DNA from: Candidatus Latescibacterota bacterium | GTDB lineage: Bacteria > Latescibacterota > UBA2968 | Reading direction: 5' to 3' | Length of the DNA stretch: 64,000 nucleotides | Assembly: GCA_965204375.1 (NCBI GenBank) | Contig: OZ241986.1 | Span: forward strand, 5,792,001-5,856,000 | In this document: piece by piece, positions 40,728 to 51,072 of the stretch | Layout of the letters: each line of letters opens with the position of its first letter | Position numbering within the stretch: position 1 is the first letter of the stretch | Notes under the pieces: generated by a model | Told to the model about the DNA's origin: nothing | What the model saw: only the letters and a program-made list of their open reading frames with translations | Database searches by the model: none | Position numbers and translations under genes: made by a program

Positions 40728-43334
40728 TCAACGAATCCCAAAGGTCGTTTTTTTCTTCACCTGCACGCCGCTTACCAGATCTTCTACGGTTACCTGTACT
40801 TCATGGTCGCCTTTTCCGGCTCCGTCGAGATTTAGTTCCACATAAGAGAGGCCGTCTGTGGTATTTCCGATCTGGTCGTAGGTCACGCTCACGCCCTGTT
40901 GCCTCTCTTCTTTTCCCAGCAGACGACCCAGTCCGGCCAGTACGCGGGCACCCCGGCTCTTCTGATCTTTGGATTGGATGTCATAGGTCACGCGGTAGTG
41001 CGTTTGTCCAAATTCATCTCTGCTCAGATGATAGATTTCAAAATAGAGAAAGGCCGGATGTTTTTCCGGGAATGCCCATACCGACATGGGCATTATGTTC
41101 AATCCTTGTTTGACAAAAACACCTTCTGACGGTGTCTCGTCTGAGATTGACCAGGCAAGTTCGATGTCGCTCAAGTTCAAGTCGGCTCTGGAATAGTCTT
41201 CCAATATTATCTGTTGTTGATATATCTGAAACCGCCGCGTTTCCGCCTCCCGAACCCGCAGGCCGAGTTCATAGGTTCCCGGCGGTGCTTCTATGGCGGC
41301 CATATCCAATATCAGGTTTTGCCATCCCCGAGATGTATCGACTGAGGTTTGTAAAAAGGTTTCATCGAGGAAAAATTTCCGTTCGTCCCGGTACGTCCGA
41401 TCCACTTCGGGATCTGTTAGTGCCGCGCTGCGTACGACCCAGGTGCCTTCCTGTTTTTTGAGCAGTGAATCCGGTGGGATGCCGCTGTAGATTTCCAGGC
41501 GCGTGCGGCCATTTTTTCCCTTAAAGCTGGCTGTTCGGTACCAGAAATCCAGGGGTTGGGCACCCCGGGCAAAATCGTGAAAGTCGGGAATGCGTCCGGC
41601 CATTTTGTTTACGACCAGTTCTGGAGAATGGTACAGAAAATCCGTGAGGTCTCGCACGGCGACATAGCGCTCTTTTAATTCGTTGGGTACATGCGTGGGT
41701 ACAGGTGCAAACTCGAAATTGCCCTGAAAATACTCGTCGGTAAATGTGACCTCCAGGCCCTCAGCGACCATGGTATATACCCACGATTCCCAGGGTACAA
41801 TGCTGGCGTCTTCGCGGTTGGTTACAGGCATGAATAAGCCCATCGACTGCTCGACAAACCGCTCCCGGCGCACCCGCGACGGCGAGAAGCTCAAATCACC
41901 CGTGTTCACATCGCCCAGTGCGGCGAGGGTTTGCTCTTGATCCACAATTCGGTTTACCTGGTCGCCTTCACCTGCGTCGGCAGCTTCCACTCGTTCCGAC
42001 AATTCGGTGCGCTCGGCATCCAGGGCATCTTCCAGCAAAAATATGAGTTGGATCTCGTCCGAGGTCAAACCCAGGTCCTGTGGATCGGGTGCTTTGGCGC
42101 CGAAAGCCCGGTTGCTGCGAACGGGATATACCGGTCCCGTGAAAAATTCGCCCACGGCGTCCGGTCCGTAGAGATCTACGGCCATTCGCTCTTTGATGCG
42201 CTGTGCTTTGGCTGGCATGTCGGCATTCAGGCGGTCGGATGTCGATCGATAATCGGGTTCGCCATACCGGATGTACACTTCGCCCCGCCGATCCCAGGGG
42301 TAGATCGCTTTTGAAAAGTGCGTACGCGCGTGCCAGACCCGGCAGTAGTGTTCTGCCTGGCGCAAAAATCCACCGGATACGCGCGATAGGTCGTGCCGAA
42401 TCCAGAAGCGGCGCAGAAATGCTTCGCGCTCTATAGCCGATGTGACTCTGGCGTAGGATTCTAACTCGGGTATGGAGGCCAATAGGGAGATGTCCCGGTA
42501 GAGCGCCGCCTCTGCGGCATCGAGAAGGGTGATGTAATTGCGAAAGATGCGCACGGCCCTTTCGCCATCGCCTTCATAGAGAAAGACCTGGGCTATTAGT
42601 GGCAGAAAACGACGTGATTCTACCGCCTTACCCAAATAGGTCAACAGGTCTCGCAATTCGGCGAAGCGTTCGCTCATGGCATAAATCACGCCCAACTGAT
42701 AGGCTACGTCCAGGTCTTCGGGGGCCTGTCGCACACTGCGCTCGTACAGGTTGATCACCCGATCCCATTCGTCCTTTTTTTTGTGGTGTTCAGCCATGAT
42801 TTTGCAGGCTGTGACATCCGTCGAGTCCCGCTCAAGTGCCCGTTCGGATGCCCGTTTCAAAGACCGATCCTCTTGCAGGAGTCGCACAAGGCCGAGGTGA
42901 TAGCGTATTTTCTGCGATTGGGGCGCGAGAGCGATTGCTTTTTCAAAATGCGTTTTGGCTCCGTGGATGTCTTCCTTCTGGGAGAGTGCGATGAGTCCCA
43001 GTCCGTCATGCGCTTCTGCGAGATCTGGATTTAAGTTCAGTGCCTTTTCAAATGCCTGCCTGGCTTTTTTCCATTGCTTTTTTCGCTCGCGGGATTCCAG
43101 ATATGCCGTGCCCAGGCGGGCGTGGCCTTCGGCCAGTTCCGGATCCAGGTGTACAGCTTCTTGCAACAGGTCTATAGCGTGTCGCGCATTGTCCATCTCA
43201 ATCCGCACATCGGCAGCCAGCATCAGAGAGTCGGACCGGGTCATCAGGGTTATGAAGGGCTGTTCTGCCTTTGCCCCGCCTGCAATCAGGACGAGGTATA
43301 TGGGAATCAGTCGAATCGCAAGATGATTTTTCAT
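40728..43334 (-). CDS. GWxTD-domain protein with TPRs
   Basis: Signal peptide, TPRs, PWDRRGEVYIRYGEPD, WESWVY, LYFEIYHL. Confidence 0.8.
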   Translation of the reverse strand: MKNHLAIRLIPIYLVLIAGGAKAEQPFITLMTRSDSLMLAADVRIEMDNARHAIDLLQEAVHLDPELAEGHARLGTAYLESRERKKQWKKARQAFEKALNLNPDLAEAHDGLGLIALSQKEDIHGAKTHFEKAIALAPQSQKIRYHLGLVRLLQEDRSLKRASERALERDSTDVTACKIMAEHHKKKDEWDRVINLYERSVRQAPEDLDVAYQLGVIYAMSERFAELRDLLTYLGKAVESRRFLPLIAQVFLYEGDGERAVRIFRNYITLLDAAEAALYRDISLLASIPELESYARVTSAIEREAFLRRFWIRHDLSRVSGGFLRQAEHYCRVWHARTHFSKAIYPWDRRGEVYIRYGEPDYRSTSDRLNADMPAKAQRIKERMAVDLYGPDAVGEFFTGPVYPVRSNRAFGAKAPDPQDLGLTSDEIQLIFLLEDALDAERTELSERVEAADAGEGDQVNRIVDQEQTLAALGDVNTGDLSFSPSRVRRERFVEQSMGLFMPVTNREDASIVPWESWVYTMVAEGLEVTFTDEYFQGNFEFAPVPTHVPNELKERYVAVRDLTDFLYHSPELVVNKMAGRIPDFHDFARGAQPLDFWYRTASFKGKNGRTRLEIYSGIPPDSLLKKQEGTWVVRSAALTDPEVDRTYRDERKFFLDETFLQTSVDTSRGWQNLILDMAAIEAPPGTYELGLRVREAETRRFQIYQQQIILEDYSRADLNLSDIELAWSISDETPSEGVFVKQGLNIMPMSVWAFPEKHPAFLYFEIYHLSRDEFGQTHYRVTYDIQSKDQKSRGARVLAGLGRLLGKEERQQGVSVTYDQIGNTTDGLSYVELNLDGAGKGDHEVQVTVEDLVSGVQVKKKTTFGIR

Positions 43335-43341
43335 GGTGTCC

Positions 43342-45768
43342 TCACTCGATCTCGTCGGGTGTTTCCAATTTAAAGCTCGCGGTTTTGGTCACTTTTTGTC
43401 CGTCTTTGCGGTCCATTGCAGCGACCTCAATGACGTATTCTCCCGGTTCGGAACCAGATAGGTCAAGTGCCAGATAGTTGACCACGTTGTCGGCATCGCC
43501 CGTCTGATCATAAGAAATCGCAATTTGTTCTTCGTTCTGGTCTATGCCTACCAGTTTTCCCAGGCCATCGAGTACTTTTGCGCCAAACGACTGTCCGGAA
43601 CGCGGTTTTAAGCGGTAGGAGATCTGGTAGTCCGTCTGTCCGAATGCATCCTGGCTCAGGCCGTAAATTTCGTAGTAAAGATAGACCAGATGTCGCTGTG
43701 TATAATGCCGCGTGGCCAGCGGGATGACTTCCAAATTTTGTTTGACAAAATGTCCTTCTCCGGTGGTCTGTTCAATTGACGCCGCCATTTCTATATCGCT
43801 TAGCCTGAGTTTGCCGTGCCGATAAGACGGGACCCGCAAGGGCATGCCATAGACCTGCGTGCGTCCAGACCGCTCTTCAATGGCCTGCACGGCGAGGTAG
43901 TACGATCCAGGTTTTACATCCAGTGCGATTACATCGGGAATGATCCCGGTTTTTCCATCTACCCGAAATACAGCGCGGTTTGCCACCTTGAATACCGGGT
44001 CGCCTTTTGCATTGTAGAGAACGGCTCCCCGGTTTATCCGAACATCCCCGCCATCTCGCGTCAATGCAGAGGCGGGAAATCCGTAGTAGATCTCCACACG
44101 CGTGCTGTCGCCCAGTCCTCGAAATGTGGCGGGGTAGGCCGCGTAATACAGGGGTTCGGCGAGAAATGTCGGTACGTAAATTTCTCTGGGAGCCTGGCTT
44201 ATAATTTGTTCGGGGATGAGAGGTCCCCACAGGTGGCGCATTTTGGTCGCCATTTCCGCGGGCAATACGGCGTAGTCAAAAACGCCATCGGGCGCGCCGG
44301 GCATCTGGCGAAATACGATTTCCACACCTTCTCCCAATCCGGGATAGATCCAGTATTCCCACGCCCGGCGATCCTGGATCGGGAAGATGGGTCGTCCCAG
44401 GAATGCACCCAGTCCCCCTGCGGCCATCGCGGATTCGGCCCGTTTTCGGATTTGTTCGCTTTTCTGATTCCGCTCGGATGATCGGCTATACAGCCGCTGG
44501 AACTGCCTTTCCAGTTGGCGTTGTGCCTGTTCTGCGCCAGCTCCGCGGTGGGTCACATTGGCACTGTCGCCATCAGCGGCGTAGTCTGATAGCAGTATTT
44601 CGGCTGCCCAATCTACTCGGTCTAATAGCCGCTGCTTGACATTCCAGTCTTCGGGATGGGATTCGCGCAGCCGATCCCCGGACGCGCTTTTGTGAGATGG
44701 CGTGCCGTAGCGCACATAGATTTCGCCCCGTCGATCCCACGGAAAAACCGCCGATCCGAAATGCTCCCGCGCATAAGCTACCCGGCGGAAGTGTTCGACC
44801 CGCCGCTCGTTGACGTCTGTAATGGGTGTGGGGTCTCGGCGTTTCCAGAATTGTTGCAGAAGTACTTGTCTGTCCTTTGCCTGCTTAAGTGCCTCTGTTT
44901 CCCTTTCTGAGGTGAGTAGGGAAATATCTTCATAAGGCATCCGTTCCCTGGTGCTCAGGCCGGTCAGATAGGTTTCGAAGAGGGTTTCGGCTTTTTCGTA
45001 ATTTTTTCGTTCCAGATAGACTTCGGCGAGTTCCAGCATGTATTGCCGCTGGTTTGTGCCCTGAGTTTGCATGAGCCGCGATAAGGTGCGCGCGGCCTGG
45101 TCCGTGCGGGATAGGGTGCGATAGAGTTGTCCCAGCCGCCACATGGCATCTTTGTGTGCGGGATTGACCGCCAGTTGTTTTTCGTAATATTCTATTGCGC
45201 CGTCTTTTTTTAAGAGGTCGTATTCATACATAAAGCCCAGGCGATAATACGCATCTGGATGGTCTGGGTCCATCTCGACCACCTGTTCGAAAGCTCTGAT
45301 GGCATCGCGATTCATGAGGTTCAGATGCGTCAGGCCAATGTGGTATTGGGCTTCTACATAGTCGGGCTTTTCAGCCAGGGCGCGACAGAAATAATCAATG
45401 GCACGCACCCACTGGCCTTTCTCACGGGCATAGACGAGGCCCATGCCAAAGTAGGCTTCGGGCATTTTTCGCTGGTATTTTTCGGCATTTCGAAAGGCTT
45501 TTCTGGCTTTGCCAATCTGATCTTGGGTCAGATACACATGCCCCAATCCACAGTGGGTTGGGGCATGTTTTTTGTTTGCTTGTAGAGATTGCTCAAACAA
45601 AATTTTTGCGCGGTCTATTTCTCCTGCTTTGAGTGCCTGATTACCCAGGAGATAGAGAGAATCCGCAGCAGTAGGATCCGCCATGACTGATGCAACAGTC
45701 CAGAATATCCCAAAATTCAGGGCGAGTGCAATGCGCCCGATATGCCAGCCTATTTTCGACATGCCCAA
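43342..45768 (-). CDS. GWxTD-domain protein with TPRs
   Basis: FWKRRDPTP.T.VNER..EHFRRV, PWDRRGEIYVRYG.P, WEYWIY, YYEIYGL. Confidence 0.82.
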   Translation of the reverse strand: MGMSKIGWHIGRIALALNFGIFWTVASVMADPTAADSLYLLGNQALKAGEIDRAKILFEQSLQANKKHAPTHCGLGHVYLTQDQIGKARKAFRNAEKYQRKMPEAYFGMGLVYAREKGQWVRAIDYFCRALAEKPDYVEAQYHIGLTHLNLMNRDAIRAFEQVVEMDPDHPDAYYRLGFMYEYDLLKKDGAIEYYEKQLAVNPAHKDAMWRLGQLYRTLSRTDQAARTLSRLMQTQGTNQRQYMLELAEVYLERKNYEKAETLFETYLTGLSTRERMPYEDISLLTSERETEALKQAKDRQVLLQQFWKRRDPTPITDVNERRVEHFRRVAYAREHFGSAVFPWDRRGEIYVRYGTPSHKSASGDRLRESHPEDWNVKQRLLDRVDWAAEILLSDYAADGDSANVTHRGAGAEQAQRQLERQFQRLYSRSSERNQKSEQIRKRAESAMAAGGLGAFLGRPIFPIQDRRAWEYWIYPGLGEGVEIVFRQMPGAPDGVFDYAVLPAEMATKMRHLWGPLIPEQIISQAPREIYVPTFLAEPLYYAAYPATFRGLGDSTRVEIYYGFPASALTRDGGDVRINRGAVLYNAKGDPVFKVANRAVFRVDGKTGIIPDVIALDVKPGSYYLAVQAIEERSGRTQVYGMPLRVPSYRHGKLRLSDIEMAASIEQTTGEGHFVKQNLEVIPLATRHYTQRHLVYLYYEIYGLSQDAFGQTDYQISYRLKPRSGQSFGAKVLDGLGKLVGIDQNEEQIAISYDQTGDADNVVNYLALDLSGSEPGEYVIEVAAMDRKDGQKVTKTASFKLETPDEIE

Positions 45769-45778
45769 TCGCCTGTGT

Positions 45779-47521
45779 TTATTTTGCCAGCGGTCCCGTG
45801 GGTGCCTCTTTGCTGTAGAGCGCGCTTCCCCGCTCGTAGGATACCGCTACCTGTCCGTTTTCTACCTGCAACCGGGGTACATTATTTGTGCCGACATCGC
45901 GGTCCGGTCCTCTCATTACAGCGAGTTGTGCATCGCTCATGCCCGCTATCAGGTCGCCCCACCGGCTCTCTGGATGTACCATGTCGCCTCCGCTGCGGTG
46001 GAAGTTTCGAGATGTGTATTTGATCAGGATGCCCCGTCTCGAGATCGGGTTTTTCCAGGCGAGCGCACCGTGGGTCGTCGCCCCATCCCCAAAAAAGAGC
46101 ACGTCGCCCGCCTTCATCACTGGCTGCACCACAAGTCCCATGTCGTCGTCGCAGGTGCGAATGCCCGGCGGCATGGGATAAAACGCTTTGTGGGAGCCGG
46201 GTACACAGGCGAACCCTCCCAGACCGGGTTCCACGTCTCGCAGTTGCCAGGCTACGGTTACTGCCTGATCGTAGCTGCGCCCGTTTTGAAACACATAGCC
46301 CATCGGTGGATAGAGCGGTTCGTTGTTGCTGTGGAGCGAGTGTCCGCTGCCGCCCAGGACTGAGCAGAATGCCGTGGCACCTCCGCACCGCCCTCCGCTG
46401 GCGCCCATCCAGTTCAAGCGGTGCTCGACCACTGGATGCGCAATCATTTGCTGGAATGGGTCGCTATACGGTTCTGGCAATTCGAGCAATCCAGAGAGGA
46501 GCGGTCGCCCTGTGCCGGCCAGGCTCTTTGAGCCTCTCGCCAGTTCCTCGCCGACTACAATGCGGTCTTCAAATTTATCGATGGTCTCGTTGGCCGCTGC
46601 CAGCCATTCTTCGTCCATTACGCCGCGGAGTACCAGATATCCGTTCAAGTCCCAGAAATAGAATTCTTTGTAATCAATCCCCGAGTCCGGATCCAGTTTG
46701 TAAATTGAGGGATGAAATACCTCGCGCGATTCGTCCATCTTTACCGTCTTTCCATCTGTGACAATGGTCGGGGGAGGTGTCGTGGATTTGTAACCGGGCT
46801 TGTAAAGCGATGCGCGCTGTTCTTCACTTAAAGCGTCGTGCCATTCTGGATGCGGCTCTTCCTCAGTCATTGGACCTGTTCCAGCAGACCGGATCACGCC
46901 TCTGCCCACGTATTCATAAGAGAGGAGTCGCTGCTGACCGGTTCCCTGCCAGGGGCGCATTCCCTGTAATGCGGATAGTGCTACTATCAGGAGATCTCCT
47001 GCCTTTAGCACGGGCTGGTGTGTCAATCCCATGTCGTCTTCGCCCGTGGTCACATCTTCTGGCGATGCCACATTGCTTTTGTGCGAGCAGGGGAGCAGTA
47101 CGAAGCCGCCATCTCCTTCGTTCACGTCTTCCAGTGCCCAGATTACGCGCACGCCTTCGCAATAACGCCGACCGTTCTGGTGGTAATACGCAATGCCCGG
47201 CATTCTCGGTTCGTTGCCGCCTGCCAGCGGTGCTGTGGTATCGCAGGTTGCATCGCACAAGATTTCAGGCTCGCGGTCCAGGCGAAAGCCGATTCCTACA
47301 ATTTGATTGAGATACCACACGAGGTGCGGATGGACGAGTAGTTCCCGGAATGGGTCTTTCAATTCGCCTTCCCATCCCAGCATGCCCGATAGTTGACCGG
47401 CTTTGTCAATGGTCTGGTTCAGTTGTTTGACTTCGCCGCGGTTCAATACACCCGGTACATGAAGGTAGCCAGCTATATCAAAACAGTAATTTTCTTCGTT
47501 GCTCATGAGTTCCTGATCCAT
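45779..47521 (-). CDS. Tandem two-domain phytanoyl-CoA dioxygenase (PhyH) family protein
   Basis: Two copies of FD..GYL...GV / GGF...P.SHK / P..KAGD.L motifs. Confidence 0.85.
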   Translation of the reverse strand: MDQELMSNEENYCFDIAGYLHVPGVLNRGEVKQLNQTIDKAGQLSGMLGWEGELKDPFRELLVHPHLVWYLNQIVGIGFRLDREPEILCDATCDTTAPLAGGNEPRMPGIAYYHQNGRRYCEGVRVIWALEDVNEGDGGFVLLPCSHKSNVASPEDVTTGEDDMGLTHQPVLKAGDLLIVALSALQGMRPWQGTGQQRLLSYEYVGRGVIRSAGTGPMTEEEPHPEWHDALSEEQRASLYKPGYKSTTPPPTIVTDGKTVKMDESREVFHPSIYKLDPDSGIDYKEFYFWDLNGYLVLRGVMDEEWLAAANETIDKFEDRIVVGEELARGSKSLAGTGRPLLSGLLELPEPYSDPFQQMIAHPVVEHRLNWMGASGGRCGGATAFCSVLGGSGHSLHSNNEPLYPPMGYVFQNGRSYDQAVTVAWQLRDVEPGLGGFACVPGSHKAFYPMPPGIRTCDDDMGLVVQPVMKAGDVLFFGDGATTHGALAWKNPISRRGILIKYTSRNFHRSGGDMVHPESRWGDLIAGMSDAQLAVMRGPDRDVGTNNVPRLQVENGQVAVSYERGSALYSKEAPTGPLAK

Positions 47522-47625
47522 TATATCCCCCTCAGGTTGGAAAGCTTATTGACGAAACAGAGAGCCAATCATTAATCAGTCTAAAACATGTGTTAAATTA
47601 TATTAAAAAACAAGAAAAATACAGT

Positions 47626-48702
47626 CTAATCTGGCACTTCGACGACGTAAATCTGGCTGCTACCGGTTTGGTCCGATGTGTAGATGACCCGTTTTCCATC
47701 GGGGCTAAATGATGGATGTGGGTGAGACCACTGGGGTCCATAGGTATCGGCCTGGACTTTGTCATCGTCCGCGGGCACTGTTTCGGCCCATTGCGTTCCT
47801 CCATTGGAACTGCGGGGATAGCACAGGGGTTCGTGTTCACCTGTTTCTGGATCGATCAGTTGCAGCCCGATGTCTGGACAGGTGGTGTCGCACACAATGC
47901 GCGAGCCATCTGGGCTGGGCGATGGATGCCAGGTGTTGAATTCGGCGATTTTTCGATCTTTGTCTTCGCCCACCCGAATGCCCCGCAACGCATAAGGCCA
48001 GTGTACGAAGATGACTTCGTCGGTGTGCCCCAGGAATGTTTCGTGGGTAATCCACACGGTCTTGTCGTGTTTGAATAGCGGGCGCTCGTTGCTCCCATCA
48101 ATTCGCACTTCCCACATTCGCTGATTGATGTCGCTGGAATACAGGATGAGGTCCGGATCAGTCGGGCAGACTTGCACATGGCCCACAGTGCGCGGGGGTT
48201 CGCGGACGATCCGGTGTCCCGATCCGTCTGTGTTCACCGCGACTACCGCCGAATGCCCGTTGTGATGTAAGGATGTCACCAGGCGTTCTCCGTCTGCCGA
48301 TAGGCTGCATCCACCCACGCGGCCTTCGCCAAAATCGGCCAGGATGGTTTCTTCCAGTGTCTGGATATCCACGGCGCAAACCTGTCCACCTGTGTTGTAA
48401 AATACCCGGTGTCCGTCTTTGGCAGGACAGGCGGCAAATCCACCGAATCCCTCCACGTCGGTCAATTGCGTCATTTCTCCGCTGTTCTCATCCATTTTGA
48501 AGAGGTTGGGGTGTTCAGGGCGATATGAGGTGAATACAATGGTTTTTCCATCCGACATCCAGGATGGATTTGAAAAGTACAGGTTGTGGCTGATTGCGGG
48601 ATGGTCCGTCATTTGTCGGATCGCCGCGCCCGTTTTTTTGTCTTTTAATGCTTTTGCTTCCGAAGAATACGTTTGTCCTTTTGCCATGTCTGATGCCTCC
48701 AT
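47626..48702 (-). CDS. Oligogalacturonate-lyase-like / TolB-type beta-propeller protein
   Basis: D.KTGA.IRQMT...HNLYF, THETF, SHPHPSFSPDGK.VIYTSD. Confidence 0.75.
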   Translation of the reverse strand: MEASDMAKGQTYSSEAKALKDKKTGAAIRQMTDHPAISHNLYFSNPSWMSDGKTIVFTSYRPEHPNLFKMDENSGEMTQLTDVEGFGGFAACPAKDGHRVFYNTGGQVCAVDIQTLEETILADFGEGRVGGCSLSADGERLVTSLHHNGHSAVVAVNTDGSGHRIVREPPRTVGHVQVCPTDPDLILYSSDINQRMWEVRIDGSNERPLFKHDKTVWITHETFLGHTDEVIFVHWPYALRGIRVGEDKDRKIAEFNTWHPSPSPDGSRIVCDTTCPDIGLQLIDPETGEHEPLCYPRSSNGGTQWAETVPADDDKVQADTYGPQWSHPHPSFSPDGKRVIYTSDQTGSSQIYVVEVPD

Positions 48703-48705
48703 TGA

Positions 48706-49905
48706 TCATCGCTTTGGGAAGAATACATCCACACACGCTTCCACATCAAATGGGTCACATCCGTAGTCCCGTTTAAATTTTTCGAGGTGTTCTATTTCGT
48801 GTATTGTCGGTTCTTTCAATGGCAGATCGACCGGTTTTCGCCCTGTGCGACCGGATTCTTCTACTGCGACCTGGACTTCGATATCCCGTCGCGCTCTTTG
48901 CGCGTCGTAGCGCGTGGGCAGGTCTTCTCGAACTGCTCGGGCAATGCTGTCCATTTCTTCTACTATCGCCAGTCTTCCGGGCGATGTTTTGTATTGGGGC
49001 CATGGATTTTCCCACATCAACGGGGGGTCGGTTTCGATTACCATTCGTTCCAGTACCTGTACCCCGTCTTTTTCTCGGGTTTCCGTGCGGATGGGATAGG
49101 CCGTGGCTTGCCCTCCACCCAATCGCTGTGCTTGCGTGGTTATATGTACTTCATTTTCTACAATGGTCCCGGTTGTGCCATCCACCTGGAATAATGTCTG
49201 GCTTTTTCGCCCGAGCGCCCGACCGTGATATATCGAGGAGTATGACATGATCGCCAGTGCGCCGTTCTCAAACTCGACGAGGTCCATTGTCCAGTGTTCG
49301 GTGGTAAATTGCCGAATTTCACTCACATTCACGCGCGGGATTGGCGAGTCCATCACCAATCCCGTTACCCGAATGGGCGCCGCATCGCCTACCATCATCC
49401 GCACGCTGCTGACGATGTGGTAGCCGCCGGTTTGAAATAGGGCAAAGACCCGAAGTACGTCTCCTATGGCTCCGGCGTCGATGGCTTGTCGTTTGATCAG
49501 GTGAAGGGGGTCTCGGCAATATTGCTCTGCTATTTCGAGTTTTACGCCGTTGCGTGCCACCGCGTCAATCAATACATCTGCGGTTTGCAGGGTGGATGAA
49601 ATGGGGGTTTCTATGATGAGGTTTACGCCGTGTTCGGCCAGATATGCTCCGATGGCGTGGTGTGAGTCGGCAGGTGTGCTTATTGCAGCAATGTCCAATT
49701 TTTCATGTGCGACCAGGTCCTGTATCCGCGAATAAGTGGGTACGCCGTGTTCGGTGCCTGTTTTTTGCGCTTTTTCCCCATCTACATCGCATATTGCGGC
49801 GAGTTCGAATACATCCGACATCAACAAGATTGCGGGGAGTCGCACTCCCAGCCCACGGCCACCGCAGCCCACGAGGGCGATTCTCAATTTTTCTTTTGCG
49901 GCCAT
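48706..49905 (-). CDS. Gfo/Idh/MocA family oxidoreductase
   Basis: Rossmann LVGCGGRG, ICD, TP..SH, and IETP (EKP-like) motifs. Confidence 0.85.
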   Translation of the reverse strand: MAAKEKLRIALVGCGGRGLGVRLPAILLMSDVFELAAICDVDGEKAQKTGTEHGVPTYSRIQDLVAHEKLDIAAISTPADSHHAIGAYLAEHGVNLIIETPISSTLQTADVLIDAVARNGVKLEIAEQYCRDPLHLIKRQAIDAGAIGDVLRVFALFQTGGYHIVSSVRMMVGDAAPIRVTGLVMDSPIPRVNVSEIRQFTTEHWTMDLVEFENGALAIMSYSSIYHGRALGRKSQTLFQVDGTTGTIVENEVHITTQAQRLGGGQATAYPIRTETREKDGVQVLERMVIETDPPLMWENPWPQYKTSPGRLAIVEEMDSIARAVREDLPTRYDAQRARRDIEVQVAVEESGRTGRKPVDLPLKEPTIHEIEHLEKFKRDYGCDPFDVEACVDVFFPKR

Positions 49906-49927
49906 GGCGGTCCTTTCTGGGTTTGAC

Positions 49928-50776
49928 CTACGGCGGTAGTCGTGGGGGTATTGGTTGAATAATTTTTCTCTGTTCGGAGGTCAGTCGCTCTAATAATCCG
50001 TCCGACGGGACGTAGTGAAACCGCGTGCGGATGAATCGCGGGGAATACCGATAGACCACGGTGCGGCGATAGCCTTTGTTCGTGCGTTCGGCTGATCCAT
50101 GTGCGACCGAATCTGTGAAAAATAACGCGTCGCCCGCTTTCATGTACATTTCTTTCATTCCGATAGCAGTTCCAGCAGGTTCTATGCCCTGACTCACCAT
50201 GCCCTTGCCATCGACAAGCAATCTGGGATGCACTTCTGTGCTTTTATGGCTGCCGGGTACGAGGACTGTTGGTCCATCTCCTGGTTCTATATCCGTCAAT
50301 GCGATCAGCACGTTGATCTGGCCCACCATCCACGCGCCGGTGTTGTGGTGCCGAAAGGTGAAATAGCACCGGGGTGCGTGACCGCCACTGTGGATATAGA
50401 TAAATCCGCCGGGTCCGCGTACAGTTAAAAAGTTTTCGTGGATTGAGATGCCGTTTACTTCGTCGTTGATGTAGCGTTTGGCCAGGTCAATCCAGGATGG
50501 ATGATCGATTAATCGCTCGAATACCGGTCCGGCTTCGATGATGTTCTGAAAGTTCAATCCGTCTTTTTCGCGGTAGGTATGCGTTTCCACATGGCCGATC
50601 CACGCACCCGTATCATCGCTCGCTCCCCGGCGTTTTTTGCCATGCACGTATTCCCAATGATCATCTACCCATTGGTTCATCTCCTGTACGTCCTTTTCCG
50701 ACACCGCGCTTTTCAGGTGCAGATAGCCGTGCAAGTCGAATAGATAATCCTGTAATTGCTGGTCTGTGTTATTCAT
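49928..50776 (-). CDS. PhyH-family Fe(II)/2-oxoglutarate dioxygenase
   Basis: YLFDLHGYL, IHSGG, GPTVLVPGSHKS, KAGDALFF...HGS..R...YRR. Confidence 0.85.
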   Translation of the reverse strand: MNNTDQQLQDYLFDLHGYLHLKSAVSEKDVQEMNQWVDDHWEYVHGKKRRGASDDTGAWIGHVETHTYREKDGLNFQNIIEAGPVFERLIDHPSWIDLAKRYINDEVNGISIHENFLTVRGPGGFIYIHSGGHAPRCYFTFRHHNTGAWMVGQINVLIALTDIEPGDGPTVLVPGSHKSTEVHPRLLVDGKGMVSQGIEPAGTAIGMKEMYMKAGDALFFTDSVAHGSAERTNKGYRRTVVYRYSPRFIRTRFHYVPSDGLLERLTSEQRKIIQPIPPRLPP

Positions 50777-50981
50777 GACTATTTTTGAAAACAAAATATT
50801 GGCTCAGATAAATCACGGCTATAAATGATCCTCGTAAAGTCCTTCTCGGGTAACCGCGTAATCGGATAACGGTCGGCAATCAGGACCAACGTATTTCATA
50901 AATTCATCGGCCAACGCATCGGCCAGGGCCTCGAATTTATTATCGGATATCTGTGTCGTGTTATTCATTACTATTTTTTGA
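50766..50981. repeat. Imperfect ~23-bp direct repeat (50766-50788 and 50958-50981) duplicating the phyH start region
   Basis: GTGTTATTCATGACTATTTTTGA versus GTGTTATTCATTACTATTTTTTGA. Both read KIVMNNT on the minus strand. Confidence 0.65.
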
Positions 50982-51013
50982 TTTGACATGACGCGAGCTA
51001 ACTCACTTTCCAC
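50819..51013 (-). CDS. Small antitoxin-like hypothetical protein or fragment
   Basis: The C-terminus PLSDYAVTREGLYEDHL resembles small putative antitoxin tails. The start is uncertain (51013 or 50968). Confidence 0.45.
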   Translation of the reverse strand: MESELARVMSNQKIVMNNTTQISDNKFEALADALADEFMKYVGPDCRPLSDYAVTREGLYEDHL

Positions 51014-51019
51014 TAAATC

Positions 51020-51072
51020 GGTTGTCCAATCGTTATATCTCTGTCAGTTCTGGAACGTGCTCATCCTCATAT
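51020..51072. repeat. 53-bp direct repeat, copy 1
   Basis: GGTTGTCCAATCGTTATATCTCTGTCAGTTCTGGAACGTGCTCATCCTCATAT; 52/53 identical to 60809-60861. Confidence 0.92.
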
